Assembly (NCBI GenBank): GCA_049421205.1
Contig: JBMSMQ010000002.1
Coordinates: forward strand, 1,313 to 65,312
DNA length: 64,000 bases
Reading direction: 5' to 3'
Source: Candidatus Nanopelagicales bacterium
Lineage (GTDB): Bacteria; Actinomycetota; Actinomycetes; S36-B12; UBA5976
Each line of letters opens with the position of its first letter. The stretch's first letter is position 1. The notes beneath the pieces are model-generated. The model made no database searches. It was not told the DNA's origin and saw only the letters and a list, made by a program, of their open reading frames with translations. A program made the position numbers and the translations under genes. Below are positions 23,955 through 33,273 of this stretch, piece after piece.

Positions 23955-24644
23955 CTACGCGTTATCTCTCAACCATTGTTCAAGATCTGCTGCTGTGCCA
24001 CCTAAAACTTCTTGAGGGACTTCAACACCATTCAACTTAAGATACGGCGTTCCTGGCACTTTTTCTTTGACAAAGAGTGCTTGTGAATCAACGGCCCACT
24101 TCAAGTAACGATCTTCACGTACGCAACTTTCAAAGTTGGCAAGAGAATCACCGGATACACCTGCAAGTTCTGCAATATTCACAAATGCATCATCTGACCA
24201 GCCTGCTGACCCACCTTGCATGCTCAAAAGCATTCGGTGATAGTCGAGTGGTTCAGATGTGTGTTCGACAGCACACATAAACGAGTTGCCTGCGCGTGCC
24301 GAGTGCTGTCCTGGAATTCGATCATCAAAGAATGAAGCTTGACGCATTACAAGTTTAAAGACACCTTCATCTGCAAGACCTTGCAACATCTCTGAATACG
24401 TTGCGCTAAATGTCGCACAATGGGAACATTGGAAATCTTCCCAAATCACGAGTTCACTTTCAGTTGCAGCAGTTGGGTTATAAACCCAGCCAAGGTTCTG
24501 TTGATCGACGAAAGAAGGAATGCTGCCCGCTGACTCCCCGCCAGAACGACTACCGAAGAAACCAACTGCAACGATACCGACCACAACCACACCAACAATG
24601 ATGGCCCCAATGTAATTGCCTAAAGAACTTGACTTCTTAGCCAT
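23955..24644 (-). CDS. membrane-anchored DsbA-family thioredoxin-fold oxidoreductase
   Basis: N-terminal TM segment (IGAIIVGVVVVGIVAVGFF) and active-site CSHC in WEDFQCSHCATF. ATG at 24644 is preceded by GGAAAGGA; the track start TTG 24668 is less likely. Confidence 0.8.
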   Translation of the reverse strand: MAKKSSSLGNYIGAIIVGVVVVGIVAVGFFGSRSGGESAGSIPSFVDQQNLGWVYNPTAATESELVIWEDFQCSHCATFSATYSEMLQGLADEGVFKLVMRQASFFDDRIPGQHSARAGNSFMCAVEHTSEPLDYHRMLLSMQGGSAGWSDDAFVNIAELAGVSGDSLANFESCVREDRYLKWAVDSQALFVKEKVPGTPYLKLNGVEVPQEVLGGTAADLEQWLRDNA

Positions 24645-24698
24645 TTCATATCCTTTCCACTTCTCCAAGAATAGAGCCAGGGCTCGATACTCGCTCGT

Positions 24699-25352
24699 CT
24701 AGCCTTGCTTTTGCCATCGCTTTCCAAGGAGAGTTTGTAAATCCTGACGAATCTCTTGCACAGTGTTGTCCTCCATCCAAAAAACCGGACTTTTCTTATT
24801 GGGCAAAAATGCAAATAGTTGCAATCCGTGCCCAACTTCATAATTGAAGGTAGGAATGGGGTCTGGCAGGTCATCGACATGAACCCCGAGTGCAAGTCCT
24901 GCTTTCTGTGTGACATCAATACTCGCCCTAAGCCCGATAAACCGACTGTTATGCAAGTCTAAGTACGTTCTCAAGACTGCTGGTGTATCTCGTGGTGGAT
25001 CGGTTGTAATGAAGACGAAATTCACTCTCTCTTGTTGGGCTTGTGGTAGCCCCCGAATTGCTGCTGCAACATTCGCAGTTTGTGTATTGCAATATCCATC
25101 CGCACAATTGGTATAACCGAAAAATACAACGGTCACATCGGCAGGCATTTCGTCACTGGGCCAAGTTATGACGTTACCGTTTGTATCTTTGAACATTGCA
25201 TTGGGAAGTACAAACGGTTCTTCTACAAATCTGCCTTTAAACAGTGTTTCATTTTCGGACAAGGTCACATCAATATTCGCAGGATGCGTGTGCTCACTAC
25301 TGCAACTAGATATCAAAATGAGACAGGCAAAAAGATTCAGAATAAATTTCAT
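24699..25352 (-). CDS. SCO1/SenC-family thioredoxin-fold lipoprotein
   Basis: Signal peptide with lipobox LISSC. Motifs FFGYTNCADGYC, FITTDPPRDTP and a downstream His (VGHG). ATGA overlap with the trpA stop. Confidence 0.8.
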   Translation of the reverse strand: MKFILNLFACLILISSCSSEHTHPANIDVTLSENETLFKGRFVEEPFVLPNAMFKDTNGNVITWPSDEMPADVTVVFFGYTNCADGYCNTQTANVAAAIRGLPQAQQERVNFVFITTDPPRDTPAVLRTYLDLHNSRFIGLRASIDVTQKAGLALGVHVDDLPDPIPTFNYEVGHGLQLFAFLPNKKSPVFWMEDNTVQEIRQDLQTLLGKRWQKQG

Positions 25353-26140
25353 TTGACGGTCGCAGCTCTCATCTGGCGTGCAAGTTCTCTCACCTGGATG
25401 ACTGCTTCATCTACACTGCCGGCATTCAAAACAATCCGCACAAATGCACTGCCAACAATTACCCCATCCGCATACGATGCAACTTCTCGAACATTGTCGG
25501 CGGATGATATGCCTAAACCAAGAGCGATCGGCAAAGTAGTGAATTGGCGTGCTCGTTTCACAAGATTCTCTGCTTGATTTGATAATGCACTTCGCTCACC
25601 TGTAACACCCATCAGTGATGCAGCGTAAATGAAACCTTTACTTGAGTCACTGACGAGTTTAATTCTTTCATCACTGGATGCTGGAGCTATGAGAAAGATT
25701 CGATCTAGATTCTCAGCGCTGGTGACATCAATCCAAGTGTCCGCTTCATCGGGAGTTAGATCGGGCGTGATAGTTGCCGAACCGCCCGCATCCTTCAAGC
25801 TGGACACAAATTTTTCAATTCCTAGACGCTCAATGAGGTTCCAGTAGGACATGACGGCAACCTCAGCACCCATATCGACAACACTGGCAACCGCATTGAA
25901 CACATCACTTGATGTTACGCCATTCTTCAGTGCAATATCAGTTGCTTTTTGAATAGTAGGACCATCCATGAGTGGATCACTGTATGGCCATCCAACTTCA
26001 AGAATCTCTACTCCACCATCAACCATGGCTTGCATAATTCGAATTGAATCCTCAACCGTTGGAAAACCTACTGGAAAATATCCAATAAATGCCGCGCGAT
26101 TTTCTTGCTTTGCCTGATCAAACACTGATTGCAAACTCAT
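25349..26140 (-). CDS. trpA: tryptophan synthase alpha chain
   Basis: Motifs YFPVGFP and [17 protein letters not shown] at 26140 forms an ATGA overlap with the trpB stop; the track start at 26164 lies inside trpB. Confidence 0.94.
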   Translation of the reverse strand: MSLQSVFDQAKQENRAAFIGYFPVGFPTVEDSIRIMQAMVDGGVEILEVGWPYSDPLMDGPTIQKATDIALKNGVTSSDVFNAVASVVDMGAEVAVMSYWNLIERLGIEKFVSSLKDAGGSATITPDLTPDEADTWIDVTSAENLDRIFLIAPASSDERIKLVSDSSKGFIYAASLMGVTGERSALSNQAENLVKRARQFTTLPIALGLGISSADNVREVASYADGVIVGSAFVRIVLNAGSVDEAVIQVRELARQMRAATVK

Positions 26141-27354
26141 AGCTGGCCAGTCTTCGTGAACCATTCACGTGCAGTTTCAACATCTTTATCACCGCGACCT
26201 GAGAGATTTAGCAAAATGCTGGCATTGCTTCCAAACTTTGCTTTGATAATAGGTGCAATCTTGATTGCTCCGGCTAAAGCATGGGCCGTCTCAATTGCGG
26301 GAATGATTCCTTCAGTTCTGGATAGCAATAGAAATGCATCCATTGCTTCTCGATCCGTGATTGGCTGATACCGAGTTCGTCCAAGTTCTTTGAGAAATGC
26401 ATGTTCGGGCCCGACTCCTGGATAGTCCAATCCAGCGCTAATCGAATGACTTTCAATTGTCTGCCCTTCTTCATCTTGCATCAAGTACGAACGAGACCCT
26501 TGGAAGACACCTGTTTGTCCAGCAGTAATGCAGGCCGCATGTCGACCTGTCTCGACTCCGTCGCCGCCTGCTTCAAATCCCCAAAGTTCCACTTCTTCAT
26601 CATTGATGAATGGATGAAAAATGCCGATTGCATTACTTCCACCACCTACACAGGCGACAACTGCACTTGGTAAACCGTGAACTTGAAGCATCTGTTCTCG
26701 AGCCTCAATTCCAATAACCGAGTGGAAATCCCGAACCATCATTGGGAAAGGATGAGGTCCTGCAACCGTGCCGAGTAGATAATGAGTTGTGTCCACATTC
26801 GTGACCCAATCGCGCATTGCTTCATTCACAGCGTCTTTCAAAGTTTTTGATCCCGTGGTAACGGGTATAACTGTCGCTCCAAGCATCTGCATTCGACTCA
26901 CATTTAATGCTTGCCGTTTTGTGTCCTCTTCACCCATATACACGATGCACTCAAGCCCCAAAAGCGCACAGGCAGTGGCGGAGGCAACTCCGTGTTGGCC
27001 AGCTCCGGTTTCAGCGATTACTCGCGTTTTGCCCATTCGCTTTGTGAGCAGTGCCTGACCAAGCACATTGTTGATTTTGTGCGAGCCAGTATGGTTGAGA
27101 TCTTCTCGTTTAAGAAAAACTTTCACATCCTGACAATGCTCTGAAAAGCGAGGTGCAAAAGTCAATGGCGAGGGACGTCCTGTGTACGTGGCATGAAGTT
27201 CGGCTAACTCAATCTGAAATGAGACATCATCTCGAGCCTTTAAATATTCTCTTTCCAATTGGTCAAGGGCGCTGATCAAAGCTTCTGGTACGAACCTGCC
27301 ACCATATTGACCAAAATGACCTTTGGAATCTGGCGCGGAGTAGTTGAGTGTCAT
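26137..27354 (-). CDS. trpB: tryptophan synthase beta chain
   Basis: PLP-lysine motif HTGSHKINN, plus GGGSNAIG. 405 aa. Confidence 0.97.
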   Translation of the reverse strand: MTLNYSAPDSKGHFGQYGGRFVPEALISALDQLEREYLKARDDVSFQIELAELHATYTGRPSPLTFAPRFSEHCQDVKVFLKREDLNHTGSHKINNVLGQALLTKRMGKTRVIAETGAGQHGVASATACALLGLECIVYMGEEDTKRQALNVSRMQMLGATVIPVTTGSKTLKDAVNEAMRDWVTNVDTTHYLLGTVAGPHPFPMMVRDFHSVIGIEAREQMLQVHGLPSAVVACVGGGSNAIGIFHPFINDEEVELWGFEAGGDGVETGRHAACITAGQTGVFQGSRSYLMQDEEGQTIESHSISAGLDYPGVGPEHAFLKELGRTRYQPITDREAMDAFLLLSRTEGIIPAIETAHALAGAIKIAPIIKAKFGSNASILLNLSGRGDKDVETAREWFTKTGQL

Positions 27355-27377
27355 AGCACTATTCTCTCAAAAAATCT

Positions 27378-28184
27378 TTAGTGGTGCTTGACAGATGGAT
27401 GTGCTCCAGCAGTCACAAGTTCGTGCACGAGTTTCCCAGGATCATCGTTTGTGACAAGAGCTTCACCGACCAAGACCGCATCCGCTCCAGCTTGTGCATA
27501 CATCCTCAAATCCTGGGCCGTCTTGATTCCGCTTTCTGCAATTTTGATAATAGAGGATGGAATTAAATCAGCAAGTTCAAGAAACTGATGGTGATTCACC
27601 TCGAGCGTCTTCAGATTTCGGTTATTGACCCCAATTACGTTCGCACCCGCATCTATTGCTCGAGAAACTTCTTCTTTGTCATGAACTTCGACTATTGGAG
27701 TTAATCCAAGTGATAACGAACGATCTATGAGACATTCGAGTGCTTTTTGTTCAAGTGCTGCCACGATAAGAAGAACCAAATCTGCTCCGATAAGTCGGCT
27801 TTCAAACAACTGGTAGGAACTCACAATAAAGTCTTTTCGAAGTATCGGAGTTTCTACAGCGTTACGCACAGCAATAAGATCATCAATCGATCCACTAAAA
27901 AAGTGAGGTTCTGTCAGTATTGAAATCGCGTGTGCTCCCCCCTCTGCATACATCGCGGCAAGCAAATCAGGTGAAGTAATTGTGGCGAGATCTCCTTTAC
28001 TCGGACTTCGTCGTTTTATCTCAGCAATTACGCATACATCTCTTCCTTTGAATACTGGAAGGATTTCTCTTGGGCTTGTGGTTCGCTCAACTTCTTTCTG
28101 CAACTGCTCAAGTGAACGAATGGCTTTTCGAACCTCAAGGTCTTCATGAACTTTGACTAATATGTCATCAAGCATGCTTGCCAT
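27378..28184 (-). CDS. trpC: indole-3-glycerol-phosphate synthase
   Basis: Motifs IAEIKRRSPSKG and ILRKDFI. 268 aa. Confidence 0.94.
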   Translation of the reverse strand: MASMLDDILVKVHEDLEVRKAIRSLEQLQKEVERTTSPREILPVFKGRDVCVIAEIKRRSPSKGDLATITSPDLLAAMYAEGGAHAISILTEPHFFSGSIDDLIAVRNAVETPILRKDFIVSSYQLFESRLIGADLVLLIVAALEQKALECLIDRSLSLGLTPIVEVHDKEEVSRAIDAGANVIGVNNRNLKTLEVNHHQFLELADLIPSSIIKIAESGIKTAQDLRMYAQAGADAVLVGEALVTNDDPGKLVHELVTAGAHPSVKHH

Positions 28185-28207
28185 TCGCAGAGCCTAATTG
28201 CGTAGCG

Positions 28208-29623
28208 CTATACAAGGGAAACAGGTAGTCGAAGCACGAACTGTGCTCCTCCTAATGGAGAGTGACCCGCGCTGACGCTCCCGCCCAAGCGATGGATTAG
28301 CTTATACACCAGAGCGAGTCCAAGCCCTGTTCCCACTTGACGAATACCACGATAGCGCGAATGTAATGTTCCAGAACCAAACGCCACGCGAATGTCTTCA
28401 TCATTAAGTCCAGGACCGCTATCGTCAATACGGATTTCGAGAACACCAGAAGCAATTTCTGTTACGAGTTGAATCGTTTCTCCTGATTCTGTAACTCTCA
28501 GTGCATTTTCAAGTAGGTTATCAATGCACTGTCTGAGTCGAATTGGGTCGGTATACAACTTACTATCAGTTAGGTTTTCAATATAAGAGAATCGAATATT
28601 CTCTCGTTGACAAAGAAGTGTCCATGCTTCGTTGACATCGACAAAAAATTCTTTCAGCGAAACTTTCGCAGGATATAATTGAAAATCCACCGCATCGAGT
28701 CTGGAAATATCTAGCAGATCGGAGACTAATCGTTCTAGTCGGGCAGTTTCATTGATAACAAGAGTTCCTGTTTTCTCGATGTCTCCCGAGTCGATGAGGC
28801 CATCAGCCATTGCCTCTGCATAGCCTTTGATGGAGGTTAATGGAGTTCTCAACTCATGCGATACTGCCATAAAGAATTCGCGTTGCCGATTTTCACTCGT
28901 TGCAAGATTTTGGGCGAGTAAATTCAGTGCTTCGGCAATATCGGCAACTTCAGCTGCCCCCTCGACTTCCACCCCAACGTTTCTCTCCCCATTTGCGAGC
29001 CGACGAGCGGCAAGAGACGCTAAGTAGAGAGGACGGGCCGTACGTCGTGCAACAAAATATGCAATGATCGCAGCCACGATAAGTCCCAAAACCAATGCGA
29101 CCACCAAGCGAGTCATCAAAACGGCAGCAGGTGCATCAGCTGCATCATCTCTTAGGACTAGAACTATCCCTTGTCCGAGCCCGATAGGTCGCCCTTCAAG
29201 AAAGTATTTTCCATCTTGAGTTTCACGAGTATGACTGAAAGAGCCATTCTTTTCTATTGTGATGACATCTGCTTCGGTTAAAGGAGCAGGTACCGGACGT
29301 CCCGGAACAATGGGAATAACAACGACACCTTCAGCGAATTCGGGCCCTGGGCGACCTCTTACTGGCTCACCCGATAAATTGGCAATTACTAATTCTTGGG
29401 CAAGATCCGCCTGTTTACTGAGCTCTTCTCTCACTTGATTCTCAGCAGCCGATTGGACAAGCGGGTATGAAATTAAACCACCGAAAACCACCGCGATTGC
29501 CACAGACACTGCCGCAACAACCCAAATCCGATTCGCAAGCGATTGCCGGACAGAAAAATCATCTGAGATTCTGACTTCTTGCAATTCTGTGTGACGAATC
29601 TCGCCACCATCAGCACTCACCAT
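28208..29623 (-). CDS. two-component sensor histidine kinase (two TM segments, HAMP, HisKA, HATPase)
   Basis: H-box SHELRTPL, N-box LLENALR, G-boxes DDSGPG and GTGLGL. Two hydrophobic segments flank an extracytoplasmic loop of about 110 aa. The ATG shares one nt with the response-regulator stop. Confidence 0.9.
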   Translation of the reverse strand: MVSADGGEIRHTELQEVRISDDFSVRQSLANRIWVVAAVSVAIAVVFGGLISYPLVQSAAENQVREELSKQADLAQELVIANLSGEPVRGRPGPEFAEGVVVIPIVPGRPVPAPLTEADVITIEKNGSFSHTRETQDGKYFLEGRPIGLGQGIVLVLRDDAADAPAAVLMTRLVVALVLGLIVAAIIAYFVARRTARPLYLASLAARRLANGERNVGVEVEGAAEVADIAEALNLLAQNLATSENRQREFFMAVSHELRTPLTSIKGYAEAMADGLIDSGDIEKTGTLVINETARLERLVSDLLDISRLDAVDFQLYPAKVSLKEFFVDVNEAWTLLCQRENIRFSYIENLTDSKLYTDPIRLRQCIDNLLENALRVTESGETIQLVTEIASGVLEIRIDDSGPGLNDEDIRVAFGSGTLHSRYRGIRQVGTGLGLALVYKLIHRLGGSVSAGHSPLGGAQFVLRLPVSLV

Positions 29624-30315
29624 TATTGCTCTTTCAAATCAGCTGAATAGCCGACGCCTCTCACTGTTCTGATGAATGATTTTTCACCGAGCTTTGCTCG
29701 CACCTGTGCTATGTGGGTGTCAACTGTCCTATTTGAAGCGTAGGCGGCGTATCCCCAGACATCACTCAACAGTTGTTCCCTCGAGATCACTCGACCTGAC
29801 CGTGTCATGAGATAGGCCAAGAGATCAAATTCTGTTGCAGTGAATTCAACATCGTGACCATCCACACTTACCTTGCGCGTTGCTCTATTGAGTAAAACGT
29901 TTCCAAGTTCAAGAACATCATCAGGTTCTGCACTCTTGTTGTGTCGACGAATAGCCGCTTTTACTCGTGCTACTAATTCACGAGGACTAAATGGTTTTGT
30001 AATGTAATCATCCGCACCTATTTCTAATCCTAAAACGCGGTCAACTTCATCATCTCTTGCAGTACACATCAACACTGGAGTCCAATTACCTTCTTGCCGT
30101 AAATACTTTACAACTTCAATTCCATCGGGAGCAGGAATACCAACATCAAGCACTATGCAGGCGGGTTGTAACTCACGTGCAGCTTTGATTGCGCCAACTC
30201 CATCGCTTTCAACATGAACACCAAAGCCTGCTTTTTGTAAATACATTCGCTGAATATCCGCAATTGCTCGTTCATCTTCAACGATGAGAATCAATCCGCT
30301 TATGTCTTCAGCCAT
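29623..30315 (-). CDS. OmpR/PhoB-family response regulator
   Basis: Receiver motifs LIVEDE, IVLDVGIP and TARDD..KPF. C-terminal winged-helix (RTVDTHIAQVRAKL, IRTVRGVGY). Confidence 0.92.
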   Translation of the reverse strand: MAEDISGLILIVEDERAIADIQRMYLQKAGFGVHVESDGVGAIKAARELQPACIVLDVGIPAPDGIEVVKYLRQEGNWTPVLMCTARDDEVDRVLGLEIGADDYITKPFSPRELVARVKAAIRRHNKSAEPDDVLELGNVLLNRATRKVSVDGHDVEFTATEFDLLAYLMTRSGRVISREQLLSDVWGYAAYASNRTVDTHIAQVRAKLGEKSFIRTVRGVGYSADLKEQ

Positions 30316-30339
30316 AGCCCAAGTTTGGGCGAAAACTTA

Positions 30340-30362
30340 GGAAAAAACCTAATTAAAAGGTT
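30340..30362 (-). terminator. weak hairpin plus U-run after the HGxxPAAW gene
   Basis: Minus strand reads AACCU-UUUAAUU-AGGUU followed by UUUUC, directly after the stop at 30365. The stem is only 5 AT-rich bp, so this is a tentative call. Confidence 0.25.
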
Positions 30363-30364
30363 AA

Positions 30365-30577
30365 CTAAGCGTCAGGATTTGGGTACTGCCCAAGCCCAGC
30401 CATTTGCATTAATTTTCCAACGACTGCAGCACCAATAAGAAGGAGAAAACCCAGACCAACAATCCATAGGTTACCCAAGATGGTGCCGAAGCCTCCTACG
30501 ATAAAGGCAAGGATTGAAATTACCACAGCTGTCCAAGCGGCTGGGGTATTCCCGTGATGTGAACGTTTGGAACTCAC
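30365..30577 (-). CDS. HGxxPAAW-family small membrane protein
   Basis: 70 aa. N-terminal HHGNTPAAW followed by two TM helices. GTGA overlap with the upstream membrane protein gene. Confidence 0.8.
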   Translation of the reverse strand: MSSKRSHHGNTPAAWTAVVISILAFIVGGFGTILGNLWIVGLGFLLLIGAAVVGKLMQMAGLGQYPNPDA

Positions 30578-31005
30578 TTTTCCTCCTTACCAAACTCTAG
30601 CGTAGGGTCTTTTCCTTGATCGAGTAGAACCCACGGGCTCTCTTCGGATTTTGAATAACGTTGAACCTTCACCCATTGAACGTTCTTCAATCGGCTACGC
30701 AACCACAGCAATCCAGCCGAAAAGAGCACCACTCCAGATATGCTGAGAAATCGTGATGTGGCACCCACATCAAGCATGAGGATTTCATACACTCCCACAC
30801 AAAGTGCAAGAGAAATGACACTTGCAGTGTAAAGTGCCAAAGCACGGGTAGAAATTACAAGTGTCAAAAGGCTAAGAAGTAACGTCAAAAGCGGTAGAAA
30901 ACTCAGTACAGAAGTGTGCTCACTTATGGACACTTGAGTTTGTATGTATACGAAATAAACCCCAGAGAAGATTACCAAAAAAAGAACCGTGCGCACCCGA
31001 GACAT
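30574..31005 (-). CDS. tryptophan-operon-associated membrane protein (actinobacterial Trp-region conserved membrane protein)
   Basis: 143 aa with about 4 TM segments. Immediately downstream of trpE, the slot held by the conserved uncharacterised membrane protein in actinobacterial trp clusters. Confidence 0.7.
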   Translation of the reverse strand: MSRVRTVLFLVIFSGVYFVYIQTQVSISEHTSVLSFLPLLTLLLSLLTLVISTRALALYTASVISLALCVGVYEILMLDVGATSRFLSISGVVLFSAGLLWLRSRLKNVQWVKVQRYSKSEESPWVLLDQGKDPTLEFGKEEK

Positions 31006-31006
31006 C

Positions 31007-32548
31007 TCACTGGTCTTTCAATTGATTAGCGCTTTCAATCGCTCTCAAGACTGCGTTTGCCTTGTTAATGCATTCAAGATATTCGGATTCTGGATCACTG
31101 TCGGCAACTATGCCCGCACCTGCTTGCACATAACATTGTGTACCTTGAATGAGTGCGGTGCGTATTGCGATTGCAAGATCCATATTGCCAGCGAAATCAA
31201 AATACCCAATGACGCCACCGTAGAGACCTCGTCGAGTTGGCTCGAGTTCTTCAATAATTTCCATAGCGCGTGGTTTAGGTGCGCCACTGAGAGTGCCTGC
31301 CGGAAAGGTTGCTCGCACCACATCAACCGCAGACATGCTCTCATCCAAATGTGCTCTTACCTTTGATACGAGATGCATGACATGTGAATATCGCTCAATT
31401 GTCATGAACTGTGACACTTCAACTGTTCCTGGCGTTGCGATACGCCCTAAATCATTTCTTCCAAGGTCGACGAGCATCAAATGCTCCGATCTTTCTTTTT
31501 CATCCTGCAACAGGTCTTGTTCGAGATTTTCATCCTCTGTACTGGTACCGCCGCGTTTTCGCGTCCCTGCAATTGGGTGCATCTCGACCATCCCATTTTC
31601 CAATTTCACGAGTGCTTCAGGGCTTGAACCGACAATATCAAAGCAGCCCATTGAATCATTTCCTTCTTGGGAAAATCGTATGTAATACATATATGGACTT
31701 GGATTATGTGCCCGAAGCATTCGGTAGACATCAAATGAATGTGCAGATAAGTCAGCTTTGAATCTTTGTGAGATTACAATTTGAAAAGCATCTCCAGCTT
31801 TTATATATTCTTTACAACGGTTAACTTTTTCAAAGAAATGATCTTTCTGTACATTGGAATCAATGTTGAGATCTGAAATCGCCGGTACTCCTACGACACC
31901 TAACGGTTTTGCATCTTGAAGAGCGCTCAGCATCGTTGCAATCCGCGAACACGCATCATCATAAGCCCATCGAAGCCGCGCCTCTGTCGCATCAAAATTT
32001 ATCGCATTCGCGATAATCCAGAGTGTCCCCTCCCAATGGTCAATCACTGCCAAATCAGATGTCAGCAAAAATGCCATATCGGGAATATCGAGTTCATCAC
32101 TCTGAATATTTGGGATTTTTTCAAGCCAACGGACACTGTCATAACTCATCATGCCAACAAGTCCACCCGTAAACGGAGGCAATAGATCAGTGCGTTCAGT
32201 TTTTAATAATGAAAGCAATGCTTCAAGACTTTCGAAACCATTCGCACTTAGCTCAAGTCCAACTGGCATTTCGCCTTGAATGGTGGTCTTTGCATCCTTC
32301 ACAAGTAATGTACTTTTTGAGTGCACACCAACAAAGGAATATCGAGACCATGTTTTTCCACCTTCGGCAGATTCAAGAAGAAATGTTCCCGGTCGTGCGC
32401 TTGTCAATGCTTCATATAACCCAATTGCAGTCCAGCCATCCGCCAAAACTTTTGCCACAACAGGTATGACGCGTTTCGTTTCAGCAAGAGTTTCAAAATC
32501 TGAGAATGTCGGATAGATCACTCCATCCGCCTGCTTCGAATACATCAC
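31007..32548 (-). CDS. trpE: anthranilate synthase component I
   Basis: Motifs LSGAPKPRAMEII, GAGIVADSDPESE and PSPYMYY. The start is GTG 32548 or ATG 32545, and both overlap the upstream stop. Confidence 0.96.
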   Translation of the reverse strand: MMYSKQADGVIYPTFSDFETLAETKRVIPVVAKVLADGWTAIGLYEALTSARPGTFLLESAEGGKTWSRYSFVGVHSKSTLLVKDAKTTIQGEMPVGLELSANGFESLEALLSLLKTERTDLLPPFTGGLVGMMSYDSVRWLEKIPNIQSDELDIPDMAFLLTSDLAVIDHWEGTLWIIANAINFDATEARLRWAYDDACSRIATMLSALQDAKPLGVVGVPAISDLNIDSNVQKDHFFEKVNRCKEYIKAGDAFQIVISQRFKADLSAHSFDVYRMLRAHNPSPYMYYIRFSQEGNDSMGCFDIVGSSPEALVKLENGMVEMHPIAGTRKRGGTSTEDENLEQDLLQDEKERSEHLMLVDLGRNDLGRIATPGTVEVSQFMTIERYSHVMHLVSKVRAHLDESMSAVDVVRATFPAGTLSGAPKPRAMEIIEELEPTRRGLYGGVIGYFDFAGNMDLAIAIRTALIQGTQCYVQAGAGIVADSDPESEYLECINKANAVLRAIESANQLKDQ

Positions 32549-33273
32549 ACCCTGCCTAAGGCATCAAGTGCCTCTGATAAATGAAAAGCGTTTTGATGCA
32601 GCGCAGCACCAATGACCGCCCCCGAAATACCAAGATTTGCAAGGTTTACCACCTCGTCAATACTTGTAATTCCCCCTGAGGCAATGATGGGCATTGGCGT
32701 TACATCGCGGTACCGTTTGTAAACATCAAGATTCACGCCCTGAAGCCTGCCATCTCTCTTTGATTCTGTCAGAATAATGCGAGGACAGCCATGTTCCGAA
32801 AGCCATCTGATCGCATCAAGTGCAGTTCCTAAATTTTGCCCAGTTGCACGGGAAACAACCGTATCTTCAACCAGATCGATGGCGAACGATACTTCGGAGA
32901 AATTCTGAGACAATATCTCCGATAAGTCATCTTTGTTGCGCAAAAAATCCGGTGCAAGATTTATTCGGGTTGGATTGAATGAAAGTGCATAATCAAATGT
33001 ATCTTTATCTTTGATTCCACCAGAAAGTTGAACTTTGAGCGACGTTGATCTCATCACGTCTTCTAGCACGGATTGATTGCTGCCCTGCTGAAATGCGAAA
33101 TCAAGATCGACAAGATGTAGCCATTGAATACCTGGTACTTCATAAGCGGTTAATGCTTCACGCCATGTTGTGAGTGAACTATTTGAAGTTCGGGCAAGTG
33201 CACCGTTCTTAATATCCAAGGCTGGATAAAGTAAGAACGAATCACTCGTCACTTTCACCCTGCTCTGATTCAT
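32545..33273 (-). CDS. HisA/PriA-family (beta-alpha)8 phosphoribosyl isomerase homologue
   Basis: Motifs LYPALDIKNG, WLHLVDLDFAFQQGSN, LSGGIKD, KRDGRLQGVNL, IASGGI and GAVIGAAL, closest by eye to actinobacterial PriA. ATG at 33273; GTG 33258 or 33252 are possible shorter starts. Confidence 0.8.
   Translation of the reverse strand: MNQSRVKVTSDSFLLYPALDIKNGALARTSNSSLTTWREALTAYEVPGIQWLHLVDLDFAFQQGSNQSVLEDVMRSTSLKVQLSGGIKDKDTFDYALSFNPTRINLAPDFLRNKDDLSEILSQNFSEVSFAIDLVEDTVVSRATGQNLGTALDAIRWLSEHGCPRIILTESKRDGRLQGVNLDVYKRYRDVTPMPIIASGGITSIDEVVNLANLGISGAVIGAALHQNAFHLSEALDALGRV

Noticed and set aside
28208-30315. Considered whether the two-component system is a horizontally acquired islet.
   Set aside because: There are no flanking direct repeats, tRNA, integrase or transposase. 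Composition does not look clearly different by eye. The genes are tightly spaced with their neighbours.
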